From Syntrophus sp. (in: bacteria) (GTDB lineage Bacteria > Desulfobacterota > Syntrophia > Syntrophales > UBA8958): 64,000 nucleotides of DNA. Location: assembly GCA_025355725.1 (NCBI GenBank), contig JANXZC010000182.1:33885-97884 (forward strand), read 5' to 3'. Both the position numbers and the translations under genes were made by a program. Under the pieces are notes generated by a model. That model was given only the letters and a program-made list of their open reading frames with translations, was not told the origin of the DNA and made no database searches. Shown in pieces: positions 56,347-64,000 of the stretch (within the stretch, counting starts at the first letter, position 1; every line of letters begins with the position of its first letter).

Positions 56347-56916
56347 ATGTTAAAGGATCTGGTTTTCCGAAACCGCAGTTACCGCCGTTTTGACGAGACA
56401 GCAACGATTTCCCAAGAGACCCTGAAAGAACTTGTGGGCCTGGCCAGGCTTACGGCATCGGCGGCCAACCGGCAGCCGTTGAAGTACCTGCTTTCCTGGG
56501 AACCGCAAAAGAACGGCCTCATCTTCCCCCATTTGGCCTGGGCCGGCTATCTGAAGGACTGGCCCGGTCCCGCCGCGGGTGAACGCCCCACTGCCTATAT
56601 CGTCATGCTCGTCGATACGGAGATCAGCCCTGCCGCTGCCTATGACCTGGGCATCGCCGGCCAGACGATTCTCCTCGGGGCGACGGAAAAAGGCTTAGGG
56701 GGCTGTATGGTCGCCTCAATCAAAAAAGAGGGCATGAGGGAAAGCCTCGGCATTGCCGAACAGTATGACATCGTTATGGTTATTGCCCTGGGGAAACCCA
56801 TAGAGAAAGTCTTTATTGAAGAGGTCAAGACAGGGGAAGAGATACGGTACTGGCGGGATCCCCAGGGGGGGCATCACGTCCCCAAGCGCAGCCTGGAAGA
56901 TATCATCATCGCCTGA
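56347..56916 (+). CDS. Nitroreductase family protein
   Basis: RNRSYRRFDE, ASAANRQPL and the GLGGCMV dimer-interface pattern. Confidence 0.85.
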   Translation: MLKDLVFRNRSYRRFDETATISQETLKELVGLARLTASAANRQPLKYLLSWEPQKNGLIFPHLAWAGYLKDWPGPAAGERPTAYIVMLVDTEISPAAAYDLGIAGQTILLGATEKGLGGCMVASIKKEGMRESLGIAEQYDIVMVIALGKPIEKVFIEEVKTGEEIRYWRDPQGGHHVPKRSLEDIIIA

Positions 56917-56927
56917 TCCTTACCGAT

Positions 56928-58666
56928 ATGGAACGGACCAAGCAGGAGATCACCGAGATCCTGGATGAACTGGCCCTCCTTTTGGAAATGAAGGGTGAAA
57001 ATCCATTCAAATCGAGGGCCTATGCAAATGCCGCCCGCAGTCTTGAAGCCCTGGATGAGGACCTGGACCTGGTTGTCCGGGAAGGCAGGCTGGCCACCAT
57101 CAAAGGGGTAGGCGAAGCCATCAGCAAGAAAATCGAGGAACTGGCCGCGACGGGACAGCTCAGATACTATCACGATCTCAAGGCCACCATTCCCGCCGGC
57201 CATTTCGAGATGCTTAAAATTCCGGGCCTGGGCCCCAAGAAAATCCATATCCTTTATGAAAAACTGGGAATTCAAACCATCGGGGAGCTGGAATACGCCT
57301 GCCAGGAGAACCGCCTCCTCGATCTGCCGGGATTCGGCAGTAAAACCCAACAGAAGATCCTTGCCGGCATTGATGCCTTAAAGCACTACCGGGAGCGACG
57401 CCTCTACACCGAAGTAATTGCCGAGGCGATGGACCTCCGGAAGTTTCTGACCGATCAGCGGGGCGTCATTGCCGCCGGCATCGCCGGATCGCTCCGCCGG
57501 GGCAACGAGGTCGTCAAGGATATTGACCTCCTGGCGGCCACGGACGATCATCTCCTCCTCGCCGACGCCTTTGCCTCCTCCCCCTGCCTCAGGCGGCATC
57601 CGTCATTGCCAAGGGGGACACCAAGGTAAGCGTGACCCTCCGCTCCGGGATCAACGCCGATCTCCGTATCGTGTCCCCCTCCCAATACCCCTACGCCCTC
57701 CATCACTTCACCGGCAGTCGGGAACACAATACGGCCCTCCGGGGGCGGGCAAAAAAGCTTGGTTTGAAAATGAATGAATACGGACTCTTCCGGGAAGAAG
57801 AGAACCTCTTGTGTCACAGCGAGGAGGATATTTTCGCCGTCCTGGATTTGCCCTATATTCCCCCGGAGCTTAGGGAAAACATGGGGGAAATCGAGGCGGC
57901 CGCAGCGGGAGAGCTTCCCCGGCTGGTGGAAACAGGGGATATGCGTGGCGTCCTGCACATCCACACCCAGGCCAGTGACGGCGCCGATTCTCTGGAGGCG
58001 CTGGTCCGGGAAGCCAAACGGCGGGGATACGCCTATATCGGCGTCAGCGACCACAGCCAGTCCGCCTATTACGCCGGGGGACTCTCGCCGGACGCCGTCC
58101 GGCGCCAGCATGAAGCCATAGACAGCATCAACGCCGGGGAAGAGACATTTCACATCTTCAAGGGCATCGAGGCCGACATCCTCCCCGATGGCCGCCTCGA
58201 CTATGACGATGAAACGCTGGAACGGTTCGATTTTGTCATTGCCGCCGTCCATTCCCATTTCCAGATGGCCGAGGAAGAGATGACCGTGAGGATCATCAAG
58301 GCCCTGGCCAATCCCTTCACCACGATCCTCGCCCACCCGACCGGACGGCTGCTGCTGGCCAGGGAACCATATGCCCTGGACATCCACCGGGTGATCGATG
58401 CCGCCGCCGCGAACGGAAAGGTCATCGAACTCAACGCCAATCCCCTGCGCCTCGACCTGGACTGGCGCCACTGCATCTACGCGAAGAGAAAGGGTGTAAA
58501 GATCGCCGTCAATCCCGACCTTCATAATCTGGCCGGCTTCGATTATATGGAAGGGGGCGTAACCATCGCCCGGAAGGGATGGATGGAGAGGGAAGATTGC
58601 CTGAACTGTATGGAGCTGGAAGAAATAAGGGAATATTTCCTGCGTCTGCGGAACCTTAAAAGATGA
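56928..58666 (+). pseudogene. polX: Family X DNA polymerase with C-terminal PHP domain (PolX), interrupted by a 1-nt frameshift
   Basis: ORF 56928-57629 carries the HhH and pol-beta palm (GVGEAISKKI, GSLRRGNEVVKDIDLL). ORF frame +2 continues with ...QAASVIAKGDTKVSVTLRSGINADLRIV...FTGSREHN and the PHP domain (HIHTQASDG...). The frames switch at the C5 run at 57580-57584, and adding one C gives the contiguous ...AFASSPLPQAASVIAKGDTK... Confidence 0.8.
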
Positions 58667-59039
58667 GTATCCGGGGAAATGGTAGTATATGAAGGCCATC
58701 AAATACTGGCTTGCCACAGACATCTTCCCGTAATCGTGATTTTGCGCTGAAGATTTGGGATAGTAGCTTTCATTTGGTACAGTTCATGAGGGATCAATGG
58801 AAATGTCGATGGCAACTGTTACCGCTGTCATCTACAACTCAGTAAGAGACCAACTCTAAAAAAACAATGAATCCTGATTGAAACGTGCATATTTTTTAAC
58901 GTGATGTTTTGAGCGCATGGAAATAATCTACGATCTTCATTGGCGTATTGAATAATAAGTGATAAGAAATACGAACATTGAAGAGGATGCAACCTATGAG
59001 CAATCAATATTATCAAAAGTCAAGAAAGGAGATTGTCTT

Positions 59040-59414
59040 GTGATTCAGTTAAAAGGTAGAAATAGACTGCGGTTGTTATTCGTGGCTCTAATCATGATAG
59101 GGCTTTTCACTATGGCTTCCTGTGCGGCAATTCAACAACAACAAACGTATCACAGCATCGTGATGAAAGGCAGCATCATTCACACAACCGATGACAGCGT
59201 ATACTTGTGCATCGGCAAAAAAGACGGCGCCTCCGTTGGTCAGGAACTGGACGTCTACAGAATGACTTTCACTGGTCATCCAAAGGCGCCCTCATTTATG
59301 AGAGAGAAGACAGGAAAGGTAAAAATTACGGAAATTGTCGATGAACACTTTGCAACAGCTGTTATCGTTTCAGGCAAGGCAGAGAAGAATGATATTGTAG
59401 AATTGGTTCGATGA
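59040..59414 (+). CDS. Small putative lipoprotein (AT-rich islet)
   Basis: A GTG start sits 7 nt after an aaaggaga RBS. A basic n-region and hydrophobic core end in TMASC|AA (atypical lipobox). I recognise no family. Confidence 0.45.
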   Translation: MIQLKGRNRLRLLFVALIMIGLFTMASCAAIQQQQTYHSIVMKGSIIHTTDDSVYLCIGKKDGASVGQELDVYRMTFTGHPKAPSFMREKTGKVKITEIVDEHFATAVIVSGKAEKNDIVELVR

Positions 59415-59726
59415 AAAGATAAGATCATTAACAAAGAAGCGAGCTACTCGGACTGTATTGGCGACGGCTCGCTTTTATTGTTTTAGCGAGCAAAGATCTG
59501 TCCATCCATCAAATATCTCATAATTATCTTTGTATTACCGGATGCTCTCTTTAAGGAGGGAGAGGATGGCGAATTCATCAAGAAAATGCATACTTGCTTA
59601 CTTGCATGTTACAACCAGAACTGATCAGGTGAGAGAGAATGAAATATGGGCGGTACAGGTTATAGGCACCATCTAAAGCTGTCTAGAAGTATCTATTCAC
59701 CAGAAACGATGATTACGGATAGAAAC

Positions 59727-59763
59727 TAATAAGCCGTCCCATCGGAGAACGAGACGGCTTATT
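59727..59763. terminator. Hairpin terminator candidate downstream of the uspA-like gene
   Basis: TAATAAGCCGTC-13 nt-GACGGCTTATTA is a 12-bp perfect stem. The flanks are AT-rich rather than clean U-tracts. Confidence 0.45.
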
Positions 59764-59828
59764 ATGAATTGTCGATTGAATTTTATTACTGCTGACACTT
59801 TCAACCGCACCAGACACAACTTTTAGTA

Positions 59829-60278
59829 TTATGGTTTAACAACTATGACAGGGCATTTTGAGCCTTTGACTACTTTATCTGCGACGCTACCCATAAGCTG
59901 TTTAATAATCCCTGTCTTTCCATGAGATGCAATTACAATTAAATCAATCTTCTTCGCTTTCTGCTCGCTTAATATCACTTCAGAGGGGACACCATTCTTA
60001 ACGTCAAAAATAACTTTTATCTTCTTCGTCTTGATAATTGCATCAGCTTCTTTTTTTAGCTTGTCTCTGGACGCCTTTACGCTATCCTTTTCAAGTTTGG
60101 TGACAACCTCAATACTGAGGCAGTAATCAACTGCACATTGGCGTATTTGCTCATCAATAACATGTAACAGGTAAATATTGGTATCATTCCCGGTTGCAAT
60201 GTCAACTGCCTTCTTTAATGCCGCATCTGAATATTTTGAAAAATCTGTCGGAACAAGGATATTCTTTGGTGCAAACAT
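59829..60278 (-). CDS. Universal stress protein (UspA family)
   Basis: ILVPTDFS...LLHV at the N-terminus, and the ATP-binding C-terminus IVIASHGKTGIIKQLMGSVADKVVKGSKCPVIVV. Confidence 0.85.
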   Translation of the reverse strand: MFAPKNILVPTDFSKYSDAALKKAVDIATGNDTNIYLLHVIDEQIRQCAVDYCLSIEVVTKLEKDSVKASRDKLKKEADAIIKTKKIKVIFDVKNGVPSEVILSEQKAKKIDLIVIASHGKTGIIKQLMGSVADKVVKGSKCPVIVVKP

Positions 60279-60358
60279 GATCTCTCCTCCTTTTTTTTTC
60301 GATGCCCCATTCTATATCATAAAATTTTATTTTACAAATCATTTTCAATCACGGCTCT

Positions 60359-60931
60359 TTAACCAGTGGTTTGCTGATTTTGCTGTAGGCTTTCCATTAA
60401 CCGTCTTAAAATTATTAGCTGCTCCTGTTGAATTGAAATCAGCTCACTCCACTGTTTCTCCCTGAGTAAATCAACTTTCTCATGAAGCCCTATTATTTCA
60501 AGCTCTGCCTTTAAGTTGACTTCATAATCGTGTTCGGCACTTAGTCGATCCTTATAGGCCTGACGATTTTGAGACATCAAAATAATTGGAGCTTGAATGG
60601 CCGCAAGCATAGATAATACAAGATTTAGTAGGATGTATGGATATGGATCAAATGAGTGTTTAAGCTTGATTAGGATAAATGAATTCAGGATAATCCATAT
60701 AGCCATTACAGCCATGAATATGGAGATGAAGATCCAAGATCCCCCAAAAGAAGCAACTTTATCAGCCAGCTTCTGGCCAGTAGTCAATTGCACGGAAAAG
60801 TCTTGAACGACATTTGTAGAAATAGGAGTTCTTTCGGTTATGTGCTGAGCAACATGTCTTTCTATTTCAGTAAGCTTTTCATAATTAGAACCAAATATCT
60901 TTTCCGCTGTCTCGCGAACTTTCTGTTCCAT
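60359..60931 (-). CDS. DUF1003 family membrane protein
   Basis: LADKVASFGGSW, two TM helices, DPYPYILLNLVLS...QAPIILMSQNRQ, and a C-terminal coiled coil. Confidence 0.75.
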   Translation of the reverse strand: MEQKVRETAEKIFGSNYEKLTEIERHVAQHITERTPISTNVVQDFSVQLTTGQKLADKVASFGGSWIFISIFMAVMAIWIILNSFILIKLKHSFDPYPYILLNLVLSMLAAIQAPIILMSQNRQAYKDRLSAEHDYEVNLKAELEIIGLHEKVDLLREKQWSELISIQQEQLIILRRLMESLQQNQQTTG

Positions 60932-61367
60932 CGTGCTAACCTCTTTAGAGTTGAATGACGGCGCGACTCAATGGCCGCAAACATTTGAGCGGTTCTGATC
61001 AAGCAAATTAATGAATACCTTCTGAAATCTTACATAATTAATAAATTTCTTCAATGGAAGCTTTCAGGAAGAATGGATGACCTCTCTATTTAGAAAATGA
61101 ACTATCCGCCTCTCGCATGTTTCCACCCGTAATCATTGACCACTTCTTATGAATGATAGTCTCGATTTGCAGCCGCAGTTGATAAGCGGCACTGCATATT
61201 TTTCCTGTTTCACCCACCTGTTCAGTTCGGGGTGTAATGAATATGGCTGTTCTGGCATATTCGTCAGGTGACGGATTGCTGTCATGAGGCCGGATGATTT
61301 GTATAGCGAAAAATAGTGATTGACAAGAAACAAAAAAGTTGATAGCCAAACCGACACTGAGGAAAAA

Positions 61368-61445
61368 ATGAAGCAGACAACCTTTTCGATGAACAATAAC
61401 TGGTGGTGGCAAAGCACAGGGAGGGGTCTGCGCGCTGCCGGTTGA
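61368..61445 (+). CDS. trpL: trp operon leader peptide (25 aa, three consecutive Trp codons)
   Basis: My own translation is MKQTTFSMNNNWWWQSTGRGLRAAG. TGGTGGTGG lies at 61401-61409, a tgagga RBS sits 5-6 nt upstream, and the ORF is ~130 nt upstream of trpE. Confidence 0.7.
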   Translation: MKQTTFSMNNNWWWQSTGRGLRAAG

Positions 61446-61467
61446 ATGACATAACATAAACCATTTG

Positions 61468-61558
61468 GGCCGTGGAGACCTTCTCAGGACTCCACGGCCT
61501 TTTTATTTACTATATAACCGTACCGAAAAAAGGCCGTGAGCAATCACGGCCTTTTTTT
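61468..61558 (+). promoter_or_regulatory. trp attenuator: four interchangeable hairpin segments with two U-tracts
   Basis: Seg1 is GGCCGTGGAG (61468-77) and seg2 is CTCCACGGCC (61490-99) plus TTTTTATTT. Seg3 is GGCCGTGA (61532-39) and seg4 is TCACGGCC (61544-51) plus TTTTTTT. An alternative 12-bp pairing joins CACGGCCTTTTT (61493-504) with AAAAAGGCCGTG (61527-38). Confidence 0.7.
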
Positions 61559-61573
61559 ATTGGCAGGAGGAAT

Positions 61574-63076
61574 ATGTACTACCCGGATTTGGAAACATTC
61601 AAGAAATTGTCCCGCGAAGGAAACCTGATCCCCGTTTACCGGGAGATCCTGGCCGACGTGGAAACGCCCGTAACGGCCTTAATCAAGCTGGCCGCCCAAT
61701 CCCATGTCTTTCTCCTGGAGAGCGTGGAAGGGGGCGAAAAATGGGGGCGCTACTCATTCCTCGGCGCCGATCCCCGGGTGGTCTTCCGCGTCCTCGGTGC
61801 AGAGGTCGAGATCAGGAACAACGGCCAGGTCCAACGCTTTGCCCATGGCGGAGACCCCCTCAGGCATCTTCAGGAGCTCCTGAAAAAATACCGTCCCGTC
61901 CCGTCGCCGGGATTGCCGCGCTTCTATGGCGGCGCCGTGGGCTACCTCGGCTACGGGATGGTGCGTTATTTCGAGAAGCTGCCCACCCGCGCCCCCGATG
62001 ATCTCGGGACCGATGAGGCCGTCTTTCTCCTGACCGATACCATCCTGATCTTCGATAATATCCGTCATACCATCAAGATTGTGGCCTGCGCCTTTATCGA
62101 TGAGGACGGCGGCGCCTCCTCACCGGAGGAAATCTACGGGGAAGCGACAAGGAAGATTGACGCCCTCATGGCAATCCTGCAAAACACTGCCCCTCTGCCC
62201 CCCCTGACCCCGTCCGCCCAGGACGGTACCGGCGTGACGGCCAACATGACGGCGGAAGATTTCAAGGCCATGGTGCGGAGGACCAAGGAATACATCATCA
62301 ACGGGGATATCATCCAGGCGGTCCTTTCCCAGCGTTTTCAGATAGATAACGATATCGACCCGATCCATCTCTACCGGGCCCTCCGTTTCGTGAATCCCTC
62401 GCCCTATCTCTTTTTCCTGAAGGCCGGGGATATGACCCTCATCGGCTCCTCTCCCGAGGTTCTGGTCCGCCTGGAGGAGGGTGTCGCCGAGCTGCGGCCC
62501 ATCGCCGGCACGCGGCGGCGGGGCAGGACGGAGCAGGAGGACCGGATCATGGCCGACGAACTGCTCCAGGACCCCAAGGAAAAAGCGGAACACGTGATGC
62601 TGGTGGATCTGGGAAGAAACGACCTGGGACGGATCGCCCAGACGGGGAGCGTCCAGGTAAACCAGCTCATGGCGGTAGAGCGCTATTCTCACGTCATGCA
62701 CCTCGTCTCTCACATCCAGGCCCAATTGGCGGCGGGCAAGGACGCCTTCGACGTCATCCGGGCGGCATTTCCCGCCGGGACCCTCACCGGAGCCCCCAAA
62801 GTGCGGGCGATGGAGATCATCGAAGAATTGGAACCCCACCAGCGGGGTCCCTACGGCGGAGCCGTCGGCTATTTCAGTTTTACCGGCAATATGGATTTCG
62901 GAATCACGATCCGGACCATGCTGCTCAAGGACAACCGGATCTTTATCCAGGCCGGAGCGGGGATAGTCGCCGACTCAGATCCGGATGCGGAATATGAGGA
63001 AACCAAAAGCAAGGCCGCCGGGATGCTCAAGGCCATTCGTCTGGCCGCCTCGGGCTTTGAAATTATGGACTTATAA
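61574..63076 (+). CDS. trpE: Anthranilate synthase component I
   Basis: LLESVEGGEKWGRYSF, the LRPIAGTRRRG context and GAVGYFSF. ATG at 61574 follows an aggagg RBS. The tracked 61472 start reads through the attenuator. Confidence 0.95.
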   Translation: MYYPDLETFKKLSREGNLIPVYREILADVETPVTALIKLAAQSHVFLLESVEGGEKWGRYSFLGADPRVVFRVLGAEVEIRNNGQVQRFAHGGDPLRHLQELLKKYRPVPSPGLPRFYGGAVGYLGYGMVRYFEKLPTRAPDDLGTDEAVFLLTDTILIFDNIRHTIKIVACAFIDEDGGASSPEEIYGEATRKIDALMAILQNTAPLPPLTPSAQDGTGVTANMTAEDFKAMVRRTKEYIINGDIIQAVLSQRFQIDNDIDPIHLYRALRFVNPSPYLFFLKAGDMTLIGSSPEVLVRLEEGVAELRPIAGTRRRGRTEQEDRIMADELLQDPKEKAEHVMLVDLGRNDLGRIAQTGSVQVNQLMAVERYSHVMHLVSHIQAQLAAGKDAFDVIRAAFPAGTLTGAPKVRAMEIIEELEPHQRGPYGGAVGYFSFTGNMDFGITIRTMLLKDNRIFIQAGAGIVADSDPDAEYEETKSKAAGMLKAIRLAASGFEIMDL

Positions 63077-63088
63077 GGAGAAATCACA

Positions 63089-63688
63089 ATGATACTGATG
63101 ATCGACAATTACGATTCCTTTACCTACAACCTCGTCCAGTACCTCCAGCAGATGGGCCGGGAGGTGGCCGTTTACCGCAACGATGAGATCACGGTGGCGG
63201 AAATTGAAAACATGGATGTGGAGGCCATCTTTCTCTCTCCCGGTCCCTGTTCTCCTAAGGAAGCGGGGGTCACCGTGGAGATCGTCCGGCGTTTTCATCA
63301 GACGATTCCCATTATGGGGGTTTGCCTGGGGCATCAGGCCATCGGCTTCGCCTTCGGCGGCGAGGTGGTCCGGGCGGATAAGGTCATGCACGGCAAGAGC
63401 TCACCTATTAGCAACGATGGGCGGACCATCTTTCAGGGCCTTCCCGACCCCTTTACGGCGGGGCGCTACCATTCCCTGATCGTGAAGCGGGACACCCTGC
63501 CTGCCTGCCTGGAGGTCACCGCCGAGACCGAGGAGGGGGAGATTATGGGCCTCCGCCACCGGGAATATCCCGTGGAGGGGATACAGTTCCATCCCGAATC
63601 GATCCTGACGCCCCAGGGCAAACGGATCATCCGGAATTTTTTGAATCTGGTGGACAAGAGCGAGAAACACTATGCGCGAGTCGCTTGA
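63089..63688 (+). CDS. trpG: Anthranilate synthase component II (glutamine amidotransferase)
   Basis: [25 protein letters not shown] (catalytic Cys) and GIQFHPES. Confidence 0.95.
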   Translation: MILMIDNYDSFTYNLVQYLQQMGREVAVYRNDEITVAEIENMDVEAIFLSPGPCSPKEAGVTVEIVRRFHQTIPIMGVCLGHQAIGFAFGGEVVRADKVMHGKSSPISNDGRTIFQGLPDPFTAGRYHSLIVKRDTLPACLEVTAETEEGEIMGLRHREYPVEGIQFHPESILTPQGKRIIRNFLNLVDKSEKHYARVA

Positions 63689-63766
63689 AGCTGTAATAAA
63701 TCATTTCGAGAAATTACAACATACTAACACAGGCGGCCAAGTCGCCGTTTTAAGAAGGAGGATGGT

Positions 63767-64000
63767 ATGATCAAGGGAGCAATAGCGAGGATAGTCAGCG
63801 GTGTCAACCTGCGGGAAGGGGAGATGGTAGCGGCAATGACGGAGATCATGGAAGGTCAGGCCACCCCGGCCCAGATCGGGGCCTTCATGACGGCCCTGCG
63901 CCTGAAGGGGGAAACCAGCGAAGAGGTCACCGGCGCCGCCCGGGTGATGAGACTGAAGGCGACCCGGATCGACGCCCGGTCGTCGACCATTGTCGATACC
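63767..64000 (+). CDS. trpD: Anthranilate phosphoribosyltransferase, 3' end cut by window edge
   Basis: My own translation from ATG 63767 (aaggagg RBS) is [61 protein letters not shown]..., the canonical TrpD N-terminus. The ORF is open to the window end. Confidence 0.9.
   Translation, partial: MIKGAIARIVSGVNLREGEMVAAMTEIMEGQATPAQIGAFMTALRLKGETSEEVTGAARVMRLKATRIDARSSTIVDT

Noticed and set aside
57560-57640. Programmed ribosomal frameshifting as an explanation for the split PolX
   Set aside because: I see no slippery heptamer of the X_XXY_YYZ type and no downstream pseudoknot or hairpin. A 1-nt indel in a C5 run is the simpler explanation.
57548-58723. 391-aa minus-strand ORF opposite the PolX PHP domain
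   Set aside because: It is a shadow ORF. The plus strand carries clear PolX/PHP motifs.
59566-59676. 36-codon ORF with a strong aaggaggga RBS (MANSSRKCILAYLHVTTRTDQVRENEIWAVQVIGTI)
   Set aside because: A good RBS is its only support, with no recognisable family and no way to test conservation here. I mention it under the AT-rich region finding rather than calling it as a gene.
61149-61271. 40-codon Cys-containing ORF (…FSCFTHLFSSGCNEYGCSGIFVR), considered as a possible RiPP-like precursor
   Set aside because: It has no RBS, no adjacent modification or transport genes, and lies in an AT-rich spacer where random ORFs are expected.
61086-61457. Minus-strand ORFs of 123, 94 and 60 aa upstream of trpE
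   Set aside because: They are mutually overlapping frames in an AT-rich spacer, antisense to the trp leader peptide. They have no RBS and no recognisable domain.
61472-61573. In-frame GTG-initiated 34-codon extension of trpE given in the ORF track
   Set aside because: The extension reads straight through both attenuator hairpins and U-tracts. A strong aggagg RBS precedes ATG 61574, which gives the canonical TrpE N-terminus.
1-64000. Search for CRISPR arrays, rRNA, tRNA, integrase or transposase genes, toxin-antitoxin pairs and known defence-system signatures
   Set aside because: I saw no regularly spaced direct repeats, no rRNA or tRNA features, no DDE or tyrosine/serine recombinase motifs, and no recognisable TA or defence gene sets in any frame. 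The absence rests on visual inspection only.

Overview
This is a 64-kb chromosomal window, moderately GC-rich, with three short AT-rich islets at about 12.64-13.9 kb, 38.5-44.0 kb and 58.7-61.45 kb. Gene content suggests a strictly anaerobic Deltaproteobacteria/Desulfobacterota-type organism: short-form ThiC, a rubrerythrin-like protein, a flavin-reductase-rubredoxin fusion, FeoAB and a nitroreductase. This is inference only; the taxon cannot be verified here. I call about 66 protein-coding genes, mostly housekeeping: gltX (partial), an ABC-F ATPase, acetolactate decarboxylase, pyk, rlmD, cca, thiN-thiD-thiC, tatD, rsfS-comF, rfaE, dksA, priA, fmt-rsmB, feoAB, copZ-copA and trpE-trpG-trpD (partial). 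Two cis-regulatory RNAs are visible. One is a textbook TPP riboswitch on the minus strand upstream of thiN-thiD-thiC. The other is a 25-codon leader ORF with three consecutive Trp codons, followed by four interchangeable hairpin segments, upstream of trpE. A ~125-bp palindromic intergenic element occurs four times. In three copies its terminal arm starts directly at or after a gene's stop codon, and its outer arms co-vary between copies. One gene, the family-X DNA polymerase PolX, is broken by a 1-nt shift in a C5 run. I found no rRNA, tRNA, CRISPR array, transposase or integrase, and no unambiguous multi-gene defence or secretion system. The best candidates for something undescribed are: (1) the four-copy element family; (2) an LsrF-like aldolase / Zn-ADH / double class-II-aldolase / nitroreductase operon; (3) a single-gene ORF6N islet with an HxK-like (PLD-like) C-terminal motif and three related palindromes; (4) a 272-aa protein built from nine 19-residue GGxFxG repeats; and (5) a 620-aa secreted protein of unknown function in an AT-flanked islet. 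All functional calls come from motif recognition by eye on the supplied translations, and no database search was possible.
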